Shown piece by piece: positions 51,887-64,000 of a DNA stretch of 64,000 nucleotides. Position 1 is the stretch's first letter. Every line of letters starts with the position of its first letter. Both the position numbers and the translations under genes were made by a program. The stretch comes from Ancylonema sp. Lineage: Eukaryota. The stretch is taken from positions 1-64,000 of the forward strand of contig JBFLGF010000084.1 of assembly GCA_050230475.1 (NCBI GenBank), written 5' to 3'. Below the pieces are notes generated by a model that saw only the letters and a program-made list of their open reading frames with translations, made no database searches and was not told where the DNA came from.

Positions 51887-54800
51887 ATGGACCTGGCGGA
51901 TGGCTGGACTCGAGTAGGCGGTCAAAGTCGCAAGAGCCAAAAAAAGAAGATAGGAAACTCGCGTATCATTGATCACAATTTGCCTGCTGAAAGGATCAAT
52001 ATCGGTGTTGAGGTGTCACCTTTCTCAGATCAGCTTGACACCGCTGAAATATCCGTAGCTGCTGCTTTGGACGTCCAGACTGAGAGCTCTTCCGCGGATT
52101 TGAGTAATGGACGTTATGTTAGCCACCTCCGAACTCATGGTGATTATACCACTATGCCCGGCTGGTATTCAGAAAAATGCATCAGTGGAACAGGTAATGC
52201 AGGGAGGAACCGCAAAAATGGAAAACAACGCGTGCCACGGACAGCTGAGGAGGAGGTTGGCAGGATCATTACTAGACTTGAGCAAGGAAGGTCGGTGACA
52301 TCTTGAGTGAATAGCAGACAAGGCTGACCTCCTGATTATCGTGATCCAAAAGGATATGCATATGGCATTAGTCGATTGGGTGACTTCGGGGTGACTTGAG
52401 TGACATGATCAGTGATTACGTGGACGACCTTTTCACCCTTGAAGGGGAGTGTTTTGCCTGTTCAGATTAATGGTGCAGCAGTCTAACTTCTACAGCAAAT
52501 TTTCAGGTGAATAACCATCTCAATACACCTGAATTGTGTGTCTCAAATTTGTTAGCCCTCCACATTGCCGCCAGTTGCCACCGGCATGTCCCACCAACTT
52601 CAGAATCTCAGAAGATCTCAAAGTGTCCGGGGGCATCGATTCGATAATTCATGAATGGTATTTGGCATCGGAGTCAGTAACTTGCACCAGAAGCTTGTAC
52701 TTTTGCGGTCGCCTGAATATGGTGTGGCTTGTTGCAGGTCAATGGAGGAAGTTGGACTTGCTTTCCCGATTAATGGCTGTTCAGAATTCCTTGTCTTCTG
52801 AAGACGCTTCTTCTTCCACAGCTGATGTCGTTGTGTCAGAGAAATGCGAAGTGGAGGCAACTCCACTGGAAAATGTACGATCATACAAATCAGACCACTA
52901 GCTTTTCCAGAAACTGAGACAATCTTGACACAATCTGCATGATGCTGTTGTATGACGATGTCTGTATGATGTTGAATGCGATGATAACGATGATGTATGA
53001 TGGTGAATGTAAATTTTCGGCGCAGGTCAAAAGCGAAGAGTTCCCTGGCGCCCCTTCTTTAGACATTGTAGTCTATGGCATAGGAAGTTTTTCTGACTCC
53101 GAGTCCTCGAGGTGCCAGCTGTCATTGAGCTTCCTTTTGGCACATATGATAGAGGTGAGTAAAATCAGAGGGTTTCATTGACCGCCTGCATCGCCTTCTC
53201 TATACGTTTTTTGTTCTGGATTTGAGATCTCTTGCCCCCCAACACCAAGGGTACTAAAGATGTGCGAGACAGTATGTTTTTAGTGACTAAGCGCTGGGAA
53301 TGAGTCGCCAGAAGTATGTGGAATGCTGTGTCCATGGGCATTCTCTTATTTAAGATTGTACGTTGTGTTATACTCCAGGCAGAAGGTTCTGGCTATCATG
53401 CCAGGGTACATGTGTTTGACCCCGTTCTCACTACAATCGAACATGCAGCTTTAGAGAGTATAGGAGGTCATCCAATCACAGTCAATGAGGTGAGTTCCCT
53501 TTCCTTCTCCTAGCGAGGCAGCTGACAAACCATCACTTCCAAATTCTTATTTCTTGTTGTTAGTTCTTGTGTATACAATACTGCATAGAAGCATTAATAT
53601 AATAATAATAGAAGCATTAAAGCGAGGATATAGTGCAGCTCATTTGTCTCCCTCAAATTTTGTTCTCATGAAGGTGACCGAACAGACTTTGAAAATCATT
53701 ACTTCCTGAGTGTGGTCCGACGTTTGGTACAAGGGGCAGTGACTTGGTGCTGACAAATTTCGAGTACTTGTTCAGGAAGGGAGGAGAGTAGTGAGCGGAC
53801 CCACCATTTTCTACATGCCACATTGTGAAGCTCATCTCTACAACAATGTGAGCATCATCTGCTGTCCATATTCTGCTGTCCATATACTTCAGGATACTCA
53901 ATGGGCTGAACCTCCACGTACAGACAAGGTCCAGTACATGCAGAAGCGTATCCTTCCACCCTCTTTCTCTCTTTCCAACTCTTCTGAAAGTATCCTATCC
54001 GTATTTGTACCACAGCTGAGTCAACAGGAATGAGGGTGTAATAACTTGGCAGCGCTTGTGTTTGGTGTCTACTTCCACTCATTTTGCACATCAAGGCATG
54101 GGAATGTGTTGACAAATCTTTTGGGATTTGTTTCAGGTCTTAGAGGCCAACAAAGAGCCACCTGGCAGGCTCTAGCAGATTGCAATTCTAGGGAATAGTT
54201 TCGAAGGTTATCGGGATAGGTGAGATTTCCTCCAACATGCACAGATTCACGGATTGCACTTGCACAAACATCACATTATACATCACGTGACTTAGTGTTT
54301 GAAATTCACATTCATTGCTTTGCATGTCAGGGCTGAGCCGAGTATTGCATTGTGTTCCAGGTGGAGTTCAGGGTCCAATAAAGGGCCTACTCGCCCACAC
54401 ACTCTCCTGGAGGTGATTCCATTTTGTCCATGTTTAAGTTGATTATCATCAGATCTGAAGCGATTCCCTTTCGAAGCTGTCTGTTGCAAATTGGTCCACA
54501 TGTCGAATTTGTAACAGCAGATGCGACCAGTGATGTGTTATTATGACATCGCCCAATCTTCTTTTTAAAGGTGTAAAAAACGTCCAACAATCTTTTTTTG
54601 ACAAACCATCAAGAGTGTCACAAGAGGACTGAGCTTGCAAAAAAGAATTTTCTTAGGGTCGGGTGAAGTTTGCACAATCGAACGTGTTGTCCAGATCTGA
54701 CGTGAATACTTGTGTATTTCGATTTCCATTGGCATCCACATAGTTACAAATGTTTGACATCAAAGAAGCAAAAAATGTACTCATTGTGGTACATTTCATC

Positions 54801-55296
54801 ATACACATGAGCTCTTTCATAAAAGGACTCGGCTTATCTGTTTGTGTTTGTTGCGTTCGCAGCTTCAAAAGAAAGCAGTGGAGGTCCATGTGGATGCAGC
54901 TCAATTTCAAGTGCAATCAGCATTCAATGACATGAGGTCGGTAACCTACCATACCGTACCGGGGATGTAGATCCGAAATCCAAGTAGGGGCGATCGAATC
55001 ACCTAGTATATCAATTCTTCGAGAACATTCTTCTAACACTTATCATAATAAAAACCATTTGAAAAATGTTTGCCGTGGATCTTTTTGATGTGGAACATAA
55101 GAAATCAATTTTGCTTTTTACCCAACATATCTCAATCTCTGGGGTTGTGGCATGTGTTGATATGTTTTACATGCACTCAAATTGATGCTCCACTTGCATC
55201 CTATTGAATTGATACTCATGTATTTTATGTCGTATTTTTCTCATTGGGTTTTGCTACAGCTGGCATTTCTTCGCGGAGGATACTCAAGATATATGA
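51887..55296 (+). CDS. SRR1: SRR1 (sensitivity to red light reduced 1)-like protein, with one in-frame TAG
   Basis: GWTRV; IVVYGIGSF..SRCQL; VFDPVL; NE|EGRR..PTIFYMPHCEAHLYNN; ILGNSF; SAFNDMS|WHFF..*, with GT-AG introns. Confidence 0.85.
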
Positions 55297-56534
55297 TAGG
55301 GAAGAGTAGTCAAGATAGATGATGACAAAGAATGAATGCATCACACCGTAGAGGAGGTGACAATCCTAAAAGGGCAACCGTCAAAGGTTGTTGTAGGAAC
55401 GCAATACATTGAGGTCATATTTCATTAGATTATACTTGTGTCAAAATTATTTCCTCACTCCAGCATGCCACACAAAATCAATGCTCACGAACATCTTTGA
55501 CCTTGTGTACCTAAATGATGCCATGCCAATGGAATTCTTGGTGCATTGGGATGTTGTTATGAGGGTGGTGCAATCCCCTTGTATTATGTGCGAGTACTTC
55601 GTGGATGCAACATAATTTGTGCACAATACAACGATATAACACTGTACATTGTCACACCAAATTTACTTGAGGCTTATATGGTGAGCAAAAAACAAAACAA
55701 GACCCCACAATCATTATGGGGATCCCACTTCTTATAGCTATGCGAGTGGGGATCGTAGATATGGATGATGATGGCACCCAAGCACAAGTCGTACAAGCAT
55801 GAATCGCTCGCAGATTTGTGACAACAAATCGGCGCTCGATTCAAATGACGAGGACGCAAGTGAATGGAGATGACCCGCCATGTTCATTTTTTTAACAAAA
55901 ACCTCGAAGGCTTCGGTCCTTCGTACAATGAGTTTCCCGTTTGAGCTAAGAGTACGCCATCCATCCTAATAGTGATCCGTATAAGAGATTCCCATCTTCA
56001 TACAACATCTTGATAAATGAGGACTAGGTACAAGTAAACGTGTGGGAGAAGTCCGGATATTTCTAGCAAAGAAATAAAGTCATAGACACTACATGATCAA
56101 CATGCTTGCTAAATTCGGGCGCTTTGCTCCCAGCCCCCAGCCCCAACGCCGAAACTTTTTCCCTACTGAATCGGCATAAAATCCGAGTTGGGGGGCCCAC
56201 CCGGATTTACCAATTACAGCAGAGCCAACCCGGATCAAGGGAAACCGAATCGGGCTGGTCGAAGATAGAATGGAGATTCGCACATGAATTGTGTTTTTGT
56301 CAACTCCTATCAATCTATGATGAGTATGTCTCCCTTGACACACGTGTGGAAAGTTTGAAATGTGTAAACGACAGTCAAATTGCTACATACGGATGCTCAA
56401 CACTATCATCCGAGTATGAATGAATTACAATCTTCCATACCCCCCCAGCCCGAGTTGAGGGGTCCAACCCAGAGTCCAATCCAANAGACATCAATCGGGT
56501 TAGGGTGGGCGAGTGATATGTGTTTACCCCAAGG

Positions 56535-57047
56535 CAGGGTTCGCCAATACGTTATACGCTTATCAATACGCTAGGGGCGTAATACGCTCGTTTGGCGTAT
56601 TTCATTGAGGGTGTCAGTACGTGATACTCTGTTAGTGTTTCTACCAATATTGAAGATGTTTCGTCTCGAAGTAACACATTCAAATTAAAGTCGAATTTAT
56701 CGGTTTAGCTTTTTGACTTCATGAAATAAATGTGTAAACAATTCAAATGACTAAGTGTACAAGCGTTGTAACGGCTCCCTCATCATACTTCCTACGCACA
56801 CTCACACTGCCTTCTACGTGAACATGAATCTTACATTGGTTTTTTTGTGATGGTCTTCCGCATATCCCGGACATATGTTAGATATAATGTTTTCCATTAA
56901 AAATAGGCGGTTTTAGGGCATAATATTCATCAATTTTGGGTCAAGCGTAATGGGAGAGCGTATTTTAGCGTATTGCATACGCTTAGGCCATAACACGCTA
57001 AAATAGCGTGTGACGTGAAATGATACACGGCGTATTGGCGAACCCTG
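56535..57047. mobile_element. hAT-family MITE, 513 bp
   Basis: Perfect 17-bp TIR CAGGGTTCGCCAATACG; 8-bp TSD CCCCAAGG (56527-56534, 57048-57055); subterminal ATACGC repeats. Confidence 0.92.
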
Positions 57048-57784
57048 CCCCAAGGGTTGGGTTCACCAGCCCATGTTCGCCCGCCCTGGAAGGTGCGGTG
57101 GGGTGATCGCCCCCCACCCACGGGTTGGGGGTCGCCAACCGATATTGCGAAAGTAGCTTACCAAGGAGTAGGGGACCACGTGTCTAAGGTGTCAAGTAAT
57201 GATCGTTTGCATAGGTTTGCATTGGTTGTCGACAAATGTGTTGTACAAGCATGTCCCAAGGAGATAAAGTTTCCCGGTCCAATTGTATATGGGATGGTGT
57301 GTAGCACTGTTTGATGATTCTTAACGAGAGTGAGAGGAGTAGCCGCTGTTCAACTCTAACCAATGCCCGTCAGCGAGTTAGAGGACCCTCTACTTGGAGG
57401 TACGTTAACAACGACTACTTGTTTTGCTCCCAATGCGAGACGAACGTCTTCCAGCATACCAGAGAATTCCCGCCGCCAAGCCTCAGCAGGGTCCCACCCG
57501 CGGGCATATTCCATTTACCGCGAATGGCTTTTCCTGCCCGGCCGCCCGACGGTGGCCGCCCGATTTGGTTTTAAGGAAATAAGATATTCGGGTCGATGGC
57601 GGCAAATTGCCGACCGAAAGAACGCGGCTGGACGAGTGGTAGGCCATCCCAACAAATAAAACGTTAGCATTTGGTGTCACAAATACCACACCAGAGAGCC
57701 ACCAGAGAGACTGTGCATGGTGAAGTAGTGGCAAAGTCAACAGGGCCACATACCCCCTCGCTGCCCAAGACTGATTTAGCAGTG

Positions 57785-59875
57785 ATGGAGCCAGCTGGAT
57801 GGGTACAGCTCGTGGGGGCCGGAGCTTTGGGGCTGACTGCTGGAATTACGATCGCGTTCGTACTGCTCAAGAAATCTGCCCCACAGCGTACGTGCATCTA
57901 ATTACCACGTCAGTAGAAACACAATAAATGTCTATAATGAAAAGTGATGACTCTGCCAGGCGAAGCACACGTATTGTCTCCTCTCGCTGGCTATATTTTA
58001 CCGATCCCAAGACAACTCTCGAGCACCACCATATTTATCGATACAAGAGATGAAAGGTGTAAGATCAATCGGGCACTACCCGATCGGAGTCTTATTTTGC
58101 AGTTTCACTCCCCTTTCCCCCTTTCAGAAATTCCCCGCATGCGCAGTCGTCCACATCCCAACTGGAAGCCTGGTCAGAAACTTCCACCTTCATTTAAACA
58201 CGAAGAGACGATCCAAATCAATCCTTCCGAGCACGGACCAAGCCAGCTATATCCCCTCACTATCAGCGCAATTGTGCCACGCCCAGTTGCTTTCGTTTCC
58301 TCTCTCAGCAAGGTTTGCTCGCGAGCGCAAGTGTGTCGTCATGAGTGGTTTAAAGAATTCGATCACAACAAATAAAGTGGAAGGTGGTCATTTTTTTTTT
58401 TTTTTTTTTTGTTCATTTATTATCATTATTTTTGTTGTCATTTTCGACGCGATCAGATCATTCTTCTGATTGTCACGGTCGCAGGATGGAGTCGGCAACC
58501 TCTCTCCTTACAGCTACTTCAACACCCTGGCCCATGATCCGCCTATCTTGGCTGTCGGCCACTGCTGGTCAAAGGGGAAGCCGAAGGACTCGCTACGGAA
58601 CATTCTGGAAACCGAGTAAGAATGGAGAATTGCAGTGGGCGAGAAAATTGGTTGTAATTCGGAGAAATCCGGCCTCTGTCAGCATCGGAATCAGATTCGC
58701 AACACTCGTGTGGACTTCTCATATCAGCGCAAACTGTATGCCAGACTCAATTTGGAGGAAGCATACGACCACCCAACTTCTGTTGATGCCCAATGTCTCT
58801 TTGCATGTGTGCATATACATGCATGCAGGGAGTTTGTTGTGTCTATCATCAGTGACTGGTTCGTTGAAGCAGCAAATCACACGTGTGGACCCTACTCCCC
58901 GGAGCACAATGAGTTCGATTCCTCGGGCCTCACACAAGTGCCATCCCTTCTAGTAAGGTGGCAAACCAGCACCCCACATTTCCCAAACCTGTCATTATGA
59001 TCAACTCCAGGCCAGTCATACTCATGGCATCCCCTTGACAATCGATTGAGAACTTTGAGCTGCCCTTTGCCCAGGTAGCGCCCCCTCGAGTTGGCGAATC
59101 TGCTGTCAACATGGAGTGCAAACTGCGGCACACGTATGATGTTAAAAACTCGTGAGCACCACTCTCCCTTTTTTCCTCACTTGAATTCATTTCATGCCTC
59201 CTCATCTGTGTGAAACACTCCCCCATGGGGAGTAAGCTTGCATGCACAAGATTTGACAAGTTCAAGAAGCTGATGTGATATCTGAATGAGCTGATGAAGA
59301 ATGTGAGGAAGGGGGGCTGTGCAGTGCTGGCGAGGTGACTTGCACTATAGTGCTTGGGGAGGTAGTCATGTTTCACATAGCAAAGGCTGTGGCCTCCAAG
59401 TCTCCTCACTCTGGGAAACTAATTGTGGATGAGAGTGAGCACTTTGAATTCCATCTATGTAATATGTCGAGCGAGGAGTTGTGGTTGGTCATGTGTTTGG
59501 GCACCCGTTCTTTCTAATTTTGAGCAGATGAGGTCTAGATGTTTTCTTGTCTCGGTTCTTGTGCATATGTATCTCTGGTGCTCACAATGACTCTGCAATC
59601 ACGTCAATCTATGACAGGTCGAAAATTATTGGAGTCTTGAAGTCGTGTCAATGCAATGGTCCCCAACATTAGTAAATGCATGACAAAGTTTTGTTTGTGG
59701 ATGTTTTTGGCATTACATCGCAGAAAAACTAAGGGCCATATCCCGATTCGGAGGAAATATCTACGGGGAAGTGGATTCCTTTTTCGAGATTCCACGTCCA
59801 GACAGCGAGGGACGATATCCAGAGCATGATGCTTTTAGTGCAAGTGCACGAGATGCGATCGTGAAGAGGGAATGA
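57785..59875 (+). CDS. flavin reductase-like FMN-binding split-barrel protein with N-terminal hydrophobic helix, about 7 exons
   Basis: ISAIVPRPVAFVSS|..NLSPYSYFN..DPP..KDSLRNILET|EFVVSIIS..AANHT|VAPPRVGESAVNMECKL|..LGEVVMFH|LRPISRFGGNIY. Confidence 0.9.
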
Positions 59876-60708
59876 TAATAGAAATGTGGAAGGTCCATCT
59901 TCCACACATTTGATACCGTCAGCAGCACTTGATACCATCAGACTTGGTCATCTATATACGGACATATGTTTTCTATGCACGGATGTGTTAGTAGGTGTTC
60001 TTCATTTGTTGCAAGTGATGTTAAGGCCACTCGTCGCATATGCAAATATCGCATCAGATCGCGGATATCGTCACCTCATTGATAGTGATTAGAGGCTGAC
60101 CCTTTTTCACAGCCATATTTGAGATCTTAAACCGAACTCATCCCAACTCTCGTTAGTTGGAGCACTTCGAATATTTGAATTCGATGCCAGGCTTGTAAGT
60201 TTCTGGACTTAATAGACATATATAAACTTTGGCCTCAAAGTCAATGTGGAAGATTTGCTTCTCTTCATAGCAATCAAGTGCAATGATTTTAGTATTTCAC
60301 TTTTTTATTCTAACGAAAAGTGAAATCAAGATGGCTGAAATAACATGGTGCAACTAGAACTTGGTTGCGCAAGGAGAGCTTTTGAACACAAGGACATACA
60401 CATACTTATCCCTTGGTGGCGAATTTTATGTACATAACATAAGGTGGCAACCATACACATCAATCCACAAACCCTCTCTATCAAACATACAGTATATACA
60501 CCTCACTTTACACAAGCCATCCCTTGAAGGCTTGTGATGTTATGTCACCTGATCTCGACATTGGTCCAATGTACAAACAAATCAAATAAGACTAACACAA
60601 ATCAAATTAACAAATACACAATCACTGGATATACACTTTCCATTGAATGTAGAGGATTATAGCAACTCCGATCTTACCCTTCTTCACAAGGACACACCAG
60701 GCCTTTTT

Positions 60709-61560
60709 CTACAAGCGCCCACTCATTTTGCCCTTGCCCCGTGTTTTCTGGTTTTTTTTGGAACCCTTGCGCTTGCTCTCTGTTTGTTGCCTCTTTCGCC
60801 TGTTTCGGACTGCAGACAGGCCCCCAACTGTGTGGGAGGCGATGCTGGGAGGAGGGTCCTTGACATCAGGATCCCATTGCACTCTCAAGGAAGAGGGCCG
60901 AGGGCGCCCCCCTCTTAAAGCAGATATCAGCCTCGAGTCCTGAGAACAGAGGCAACAGATAAACAAAGTCAGAGGTCGCAAATAAATTGTTTCCGACTAA
61001 AAGAGTGAATTTTCATGGGTGCATCAGAATGCACAGAATGAGGTCATTGATTTGACCATACAGGTCTGCATGTCAAGTAAGAAGACGGTGTTCTAAATTA
61101 GTGAGACTCACGAATGACCCTTATGATATAGGAAAGAGGCAAGAGATAAATGTACCGAGGGGTCAGACACCGCTCTCTGAAGTGAAAACGTGTTGTGAGC
61201 TTGACCATCTGCCTGCTTGTTCTTCACAGGAAGAGAAGCGGCGCGCTCGATAGAAAGCCCCCGAGTGCAAGGAAGCTTGAGGTATAGAGTTCGCAATTCA
61301 TGGGCGATACTAGCCTCTTCACTGCTAAGAGGCTCATCTTCATGGCTTGGCAACAAAAGAATGGGATCTTGGACTGCACTATCCAAAGGCTCAGAAGTTT
61401 TTCTCGCTTCAGCACTTGCTTGATGTACATCTACGTCGGCAACCACACAGAATTGGTCTTCCGGAACTTTCTTGGCTGCTTCCGCAGTTGGCGCTGGTGG
61501 TGATGGCTCAGCCGGCTTTTGCCCAAAACTACCAATGCACCGAGGGGATGCTGTTTGCAG
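60709..61560 (-). CDS. 3' exons of an uncharacterised plant-type protein
   Basis: ISALRGGR..LRVQWDPDVKDPPPSIASHTV plus a basic tail resembles a conserved plant S-A-x-K-G..W-x-P-D-V-x-D-P motif; acceptor AG at about 60940. The 5' end is unresolved. Confidence 0.5.
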
Positions 61561-64000
61561 GAGAACGTCGTCAGTCCTGCGAGGAGCGTGATGTTGGGAG
61601 TAAGTGGTGGAATCTATCAGAAATGCAGAACAAGGTAGGGCAAATTTGCTTGGTTTTTTTTTTTTTTTGGGAATCCTGCCCTACAATTGGCCCCCACTGC
61701 ATTGAACACCTGAAATAAGTTGACACGATCCAAGCACAACTGGTCATGCGGCAATGCAACATCGAGGATACCGTAGCAAACTCTTTGCTACTCGATGTTC
61801 CTAGATAAATGGGCATGAGGCAGCATTGATGTTGTGCTTGGATAGGAAACGATCAATCATGATTGAACACAAAGTGGATACATTTCCCGATACATTGAGT
61901 TGCGAGTGGAAAATGCCAGGTCGCGCAAAGGCGAGATAGTGGCTGTTGCTATAATGTTCCACACTCATTCCCTAACCGGGTAACAACGATGCAATCATGG
62001 AATTGTTACCCTTACTGCCCAAGTATTTGCTGCATCCCTGCTAACTTTCCCCACCTGTTGCAATCACAATCAGATGTCGAGTTCAAGACTTTGCAACAAT
62101 GTGAGTTGATTCGCGTCTTTTCGAATTTCTGATCGCATTCTGATGCCTCGCACGTCTGTCCAACTACTTTCCCCAAGATTTTGGAATTGCTCAAAGCATC
62201 ATGGGTAATGCAAAGACTATCATCGGTCGCAGTAAAAAGGGGATTCAAGCACGCACGTTGGGCTTAATACTAAAGAACCCGACAAGGACATGCCAGTCAC
62301 TAGAAATGGCGCCCAATTCGCAAAATTGGTGATGGAATTGGGAGACGCGTGATTGGATCCGGTGCAGATAGCCTAACGCACAAATCTCAGCCGGTAGAAC
62401 TTGTCAATGGTAATTCACGTGACGTGTCCAATGCTCAAAATGTCGTCTTCGAGCGAGCAATTTCTGCTGAAAATAGGAGGTTGGTGATCGTCAGATGCTG
62501 TGTTGAGTATGAAGTGCACGGAAGAAACGCTTCTCTTAGCCCAATAGCGTCCCGCAGCAAATAGAAGGACGCCGAACGAGTCCTCAGACGTCAGCGCGCC
62601 CATCTGCAAATCGTGTGAAGACAATAATTGAATTGACAAGCTTCCTTTCATACGGGCAGGGATGGAAGGAAGGAACACCAGACGAGCCCCATATCTACAA
62701 TTCTCACAAATTACCAAATACAGTAAGATGATTGGAGGATCATACATGTATGTGATAAATTAGGAACGCCAGGGGAGTATCACAATTCGTGCTACAAAAC
62801 TGGCAAAAAATATATGTTAAAATGTGATACGGATTTTCGGGTCAAATCTCATAATGTCTGAATGTGGACGTGCATCTGTGGATGTTGGTGCAAGGTAGAT
62901 TCGTCGTAGGTGGACATCAGCAATTGCATGTGGCCCGAGTGGTCAGAGAAAGACACGTGTATCTATGGTCCATCAAAGTGATTGGGCACACGCTAGAATG
63001 GAAGTGATTGGGGGTGTCTGATTGGGCTCTCTCAGTCTGAAGGAAACGGCCTGCGAGATTGCTGACTTCGCGCCTTGCTGGCCTGCCCTGAACAGATAAC
63101 AAGCGTCCTCGGCACCAGCTCCAGCCCCAGTTCTTGTGCTTCCATGATAGAGTTGCTATCGAAGCAAAATGTCAATTGCATTAAGGCATAACAGGATTTT
63201 TTTTTTTTTAATATAATTATGGCTGAATATTTGCATTCGGACTATGTGTATGAGCATTTAGCCTTACTGATCATTTAGTCGATCGGACTCCCGTAACCAC
63301 TTTTTCAGATTCATTGGTGATATGATGATATCATCATATCATCATGACTTTTGATATGATGATTTTGGCACATGGCGGTGGTGATAACAGACTATGAGTG
63401 TTGTTATCACAGATGGCAGTTGCATTAATCGCAAGTGTGGGTATACATGTGTATGATGCTGTAACATGACACTCAACTCATGCGTGTGTGTGTATGATTG
63501 TATGTGGAATGTGCCTCACGAGTGTGGGTGACACTAGACTAGCTGGAAGGACACGAATACTGATACCACCGAGGCTTACGCAAATGTAGCACATACCCCA
63601 ATACTTCAAAAAAAAAAAACTATCGTCATGAAATTGCTACGCAAGTGGGGATTGTAGATAACAAAAACGCTCGAGCACACCGAAGTGTCACCCCATTATC
63701 TTGTCGGGTCTAATGATGAGGACACTAGAAGAGATCCATATTCATTGGTACGCACATATGCACATGCACAAATTTTTTCTGGCGAACAAGAATACCGGAA
63801 GCGGAAGAGAATTGCTCATCGTTAAAACCACCGAGTAGCAACCGTGGACGATGACGTCAGCTCTATGTTGCATGTAGGCGGGTCCCACCGTTCCCCAAAA
63901 CTTACACGTGTATGAGATTGACTTGACTTGACTTCAATCGCATTAAGTGGATTTTGAACTCGCGGTGTGAAATCTACCCTCAATCTGTCGATTTAGGGAT

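Noticed and set aside
54173..54175. Stop-codon reassignment (TAG/TAA read as Gln)
   Set aside because: DnaJ ends CAQQ-TAA, where the CaaX must be terminal, and SOD ends at TAG near its expected C-terminus. The TE stops are explained by C-to-T decay.
57311..57659. Possible BED finger (STWRYV..CSQC)
   Set aside because: His ligands and a transposase body are not evident.

Overview
Eukaryotic nuclear DNA, most likely a streptophyte alga or non-seed plant (inferred from GT-AG multi-exon genes with plant-like DnaJ, SRR1 and GT92 sequences). Bases 1-25.5 kb and 36.4-47.8 kb are nested, mostly degenerate transposons: Ty1/copia, chromodomain-bearing Ty3/gypsy, a non-autonomous LTR element and hAT/P-like MITEs. 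Cellular genes are a type I DnaJ, a damaged GT92 glycosyltransferase, Cu/Zn SOD, SRR1-like, a flavin-reductase-like gene and a plant-type uncharacterised gene. The main signal is Ty3/gypsy-type retrotransposons carrying a DNMT3/DRM-like C5-cytosine methyltransferase between protease and RT. There are three MTase copies in two divergent families, one with a non-canonical W-E-C catalytic loop. Also notable: three LTR families with self-complementary (Tf1-type) primer sites that covary, a copia flanked by a 21-bp target duplication, a SOD lacking the bridging His, and an in-frame TAG in SRR1. Single Ns at 573, 5283, 6903, 16314 and 56486 probably mark assembly joins, so continuity across them is unproven. 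All calls come from reading motifs by eye; no searches were run.
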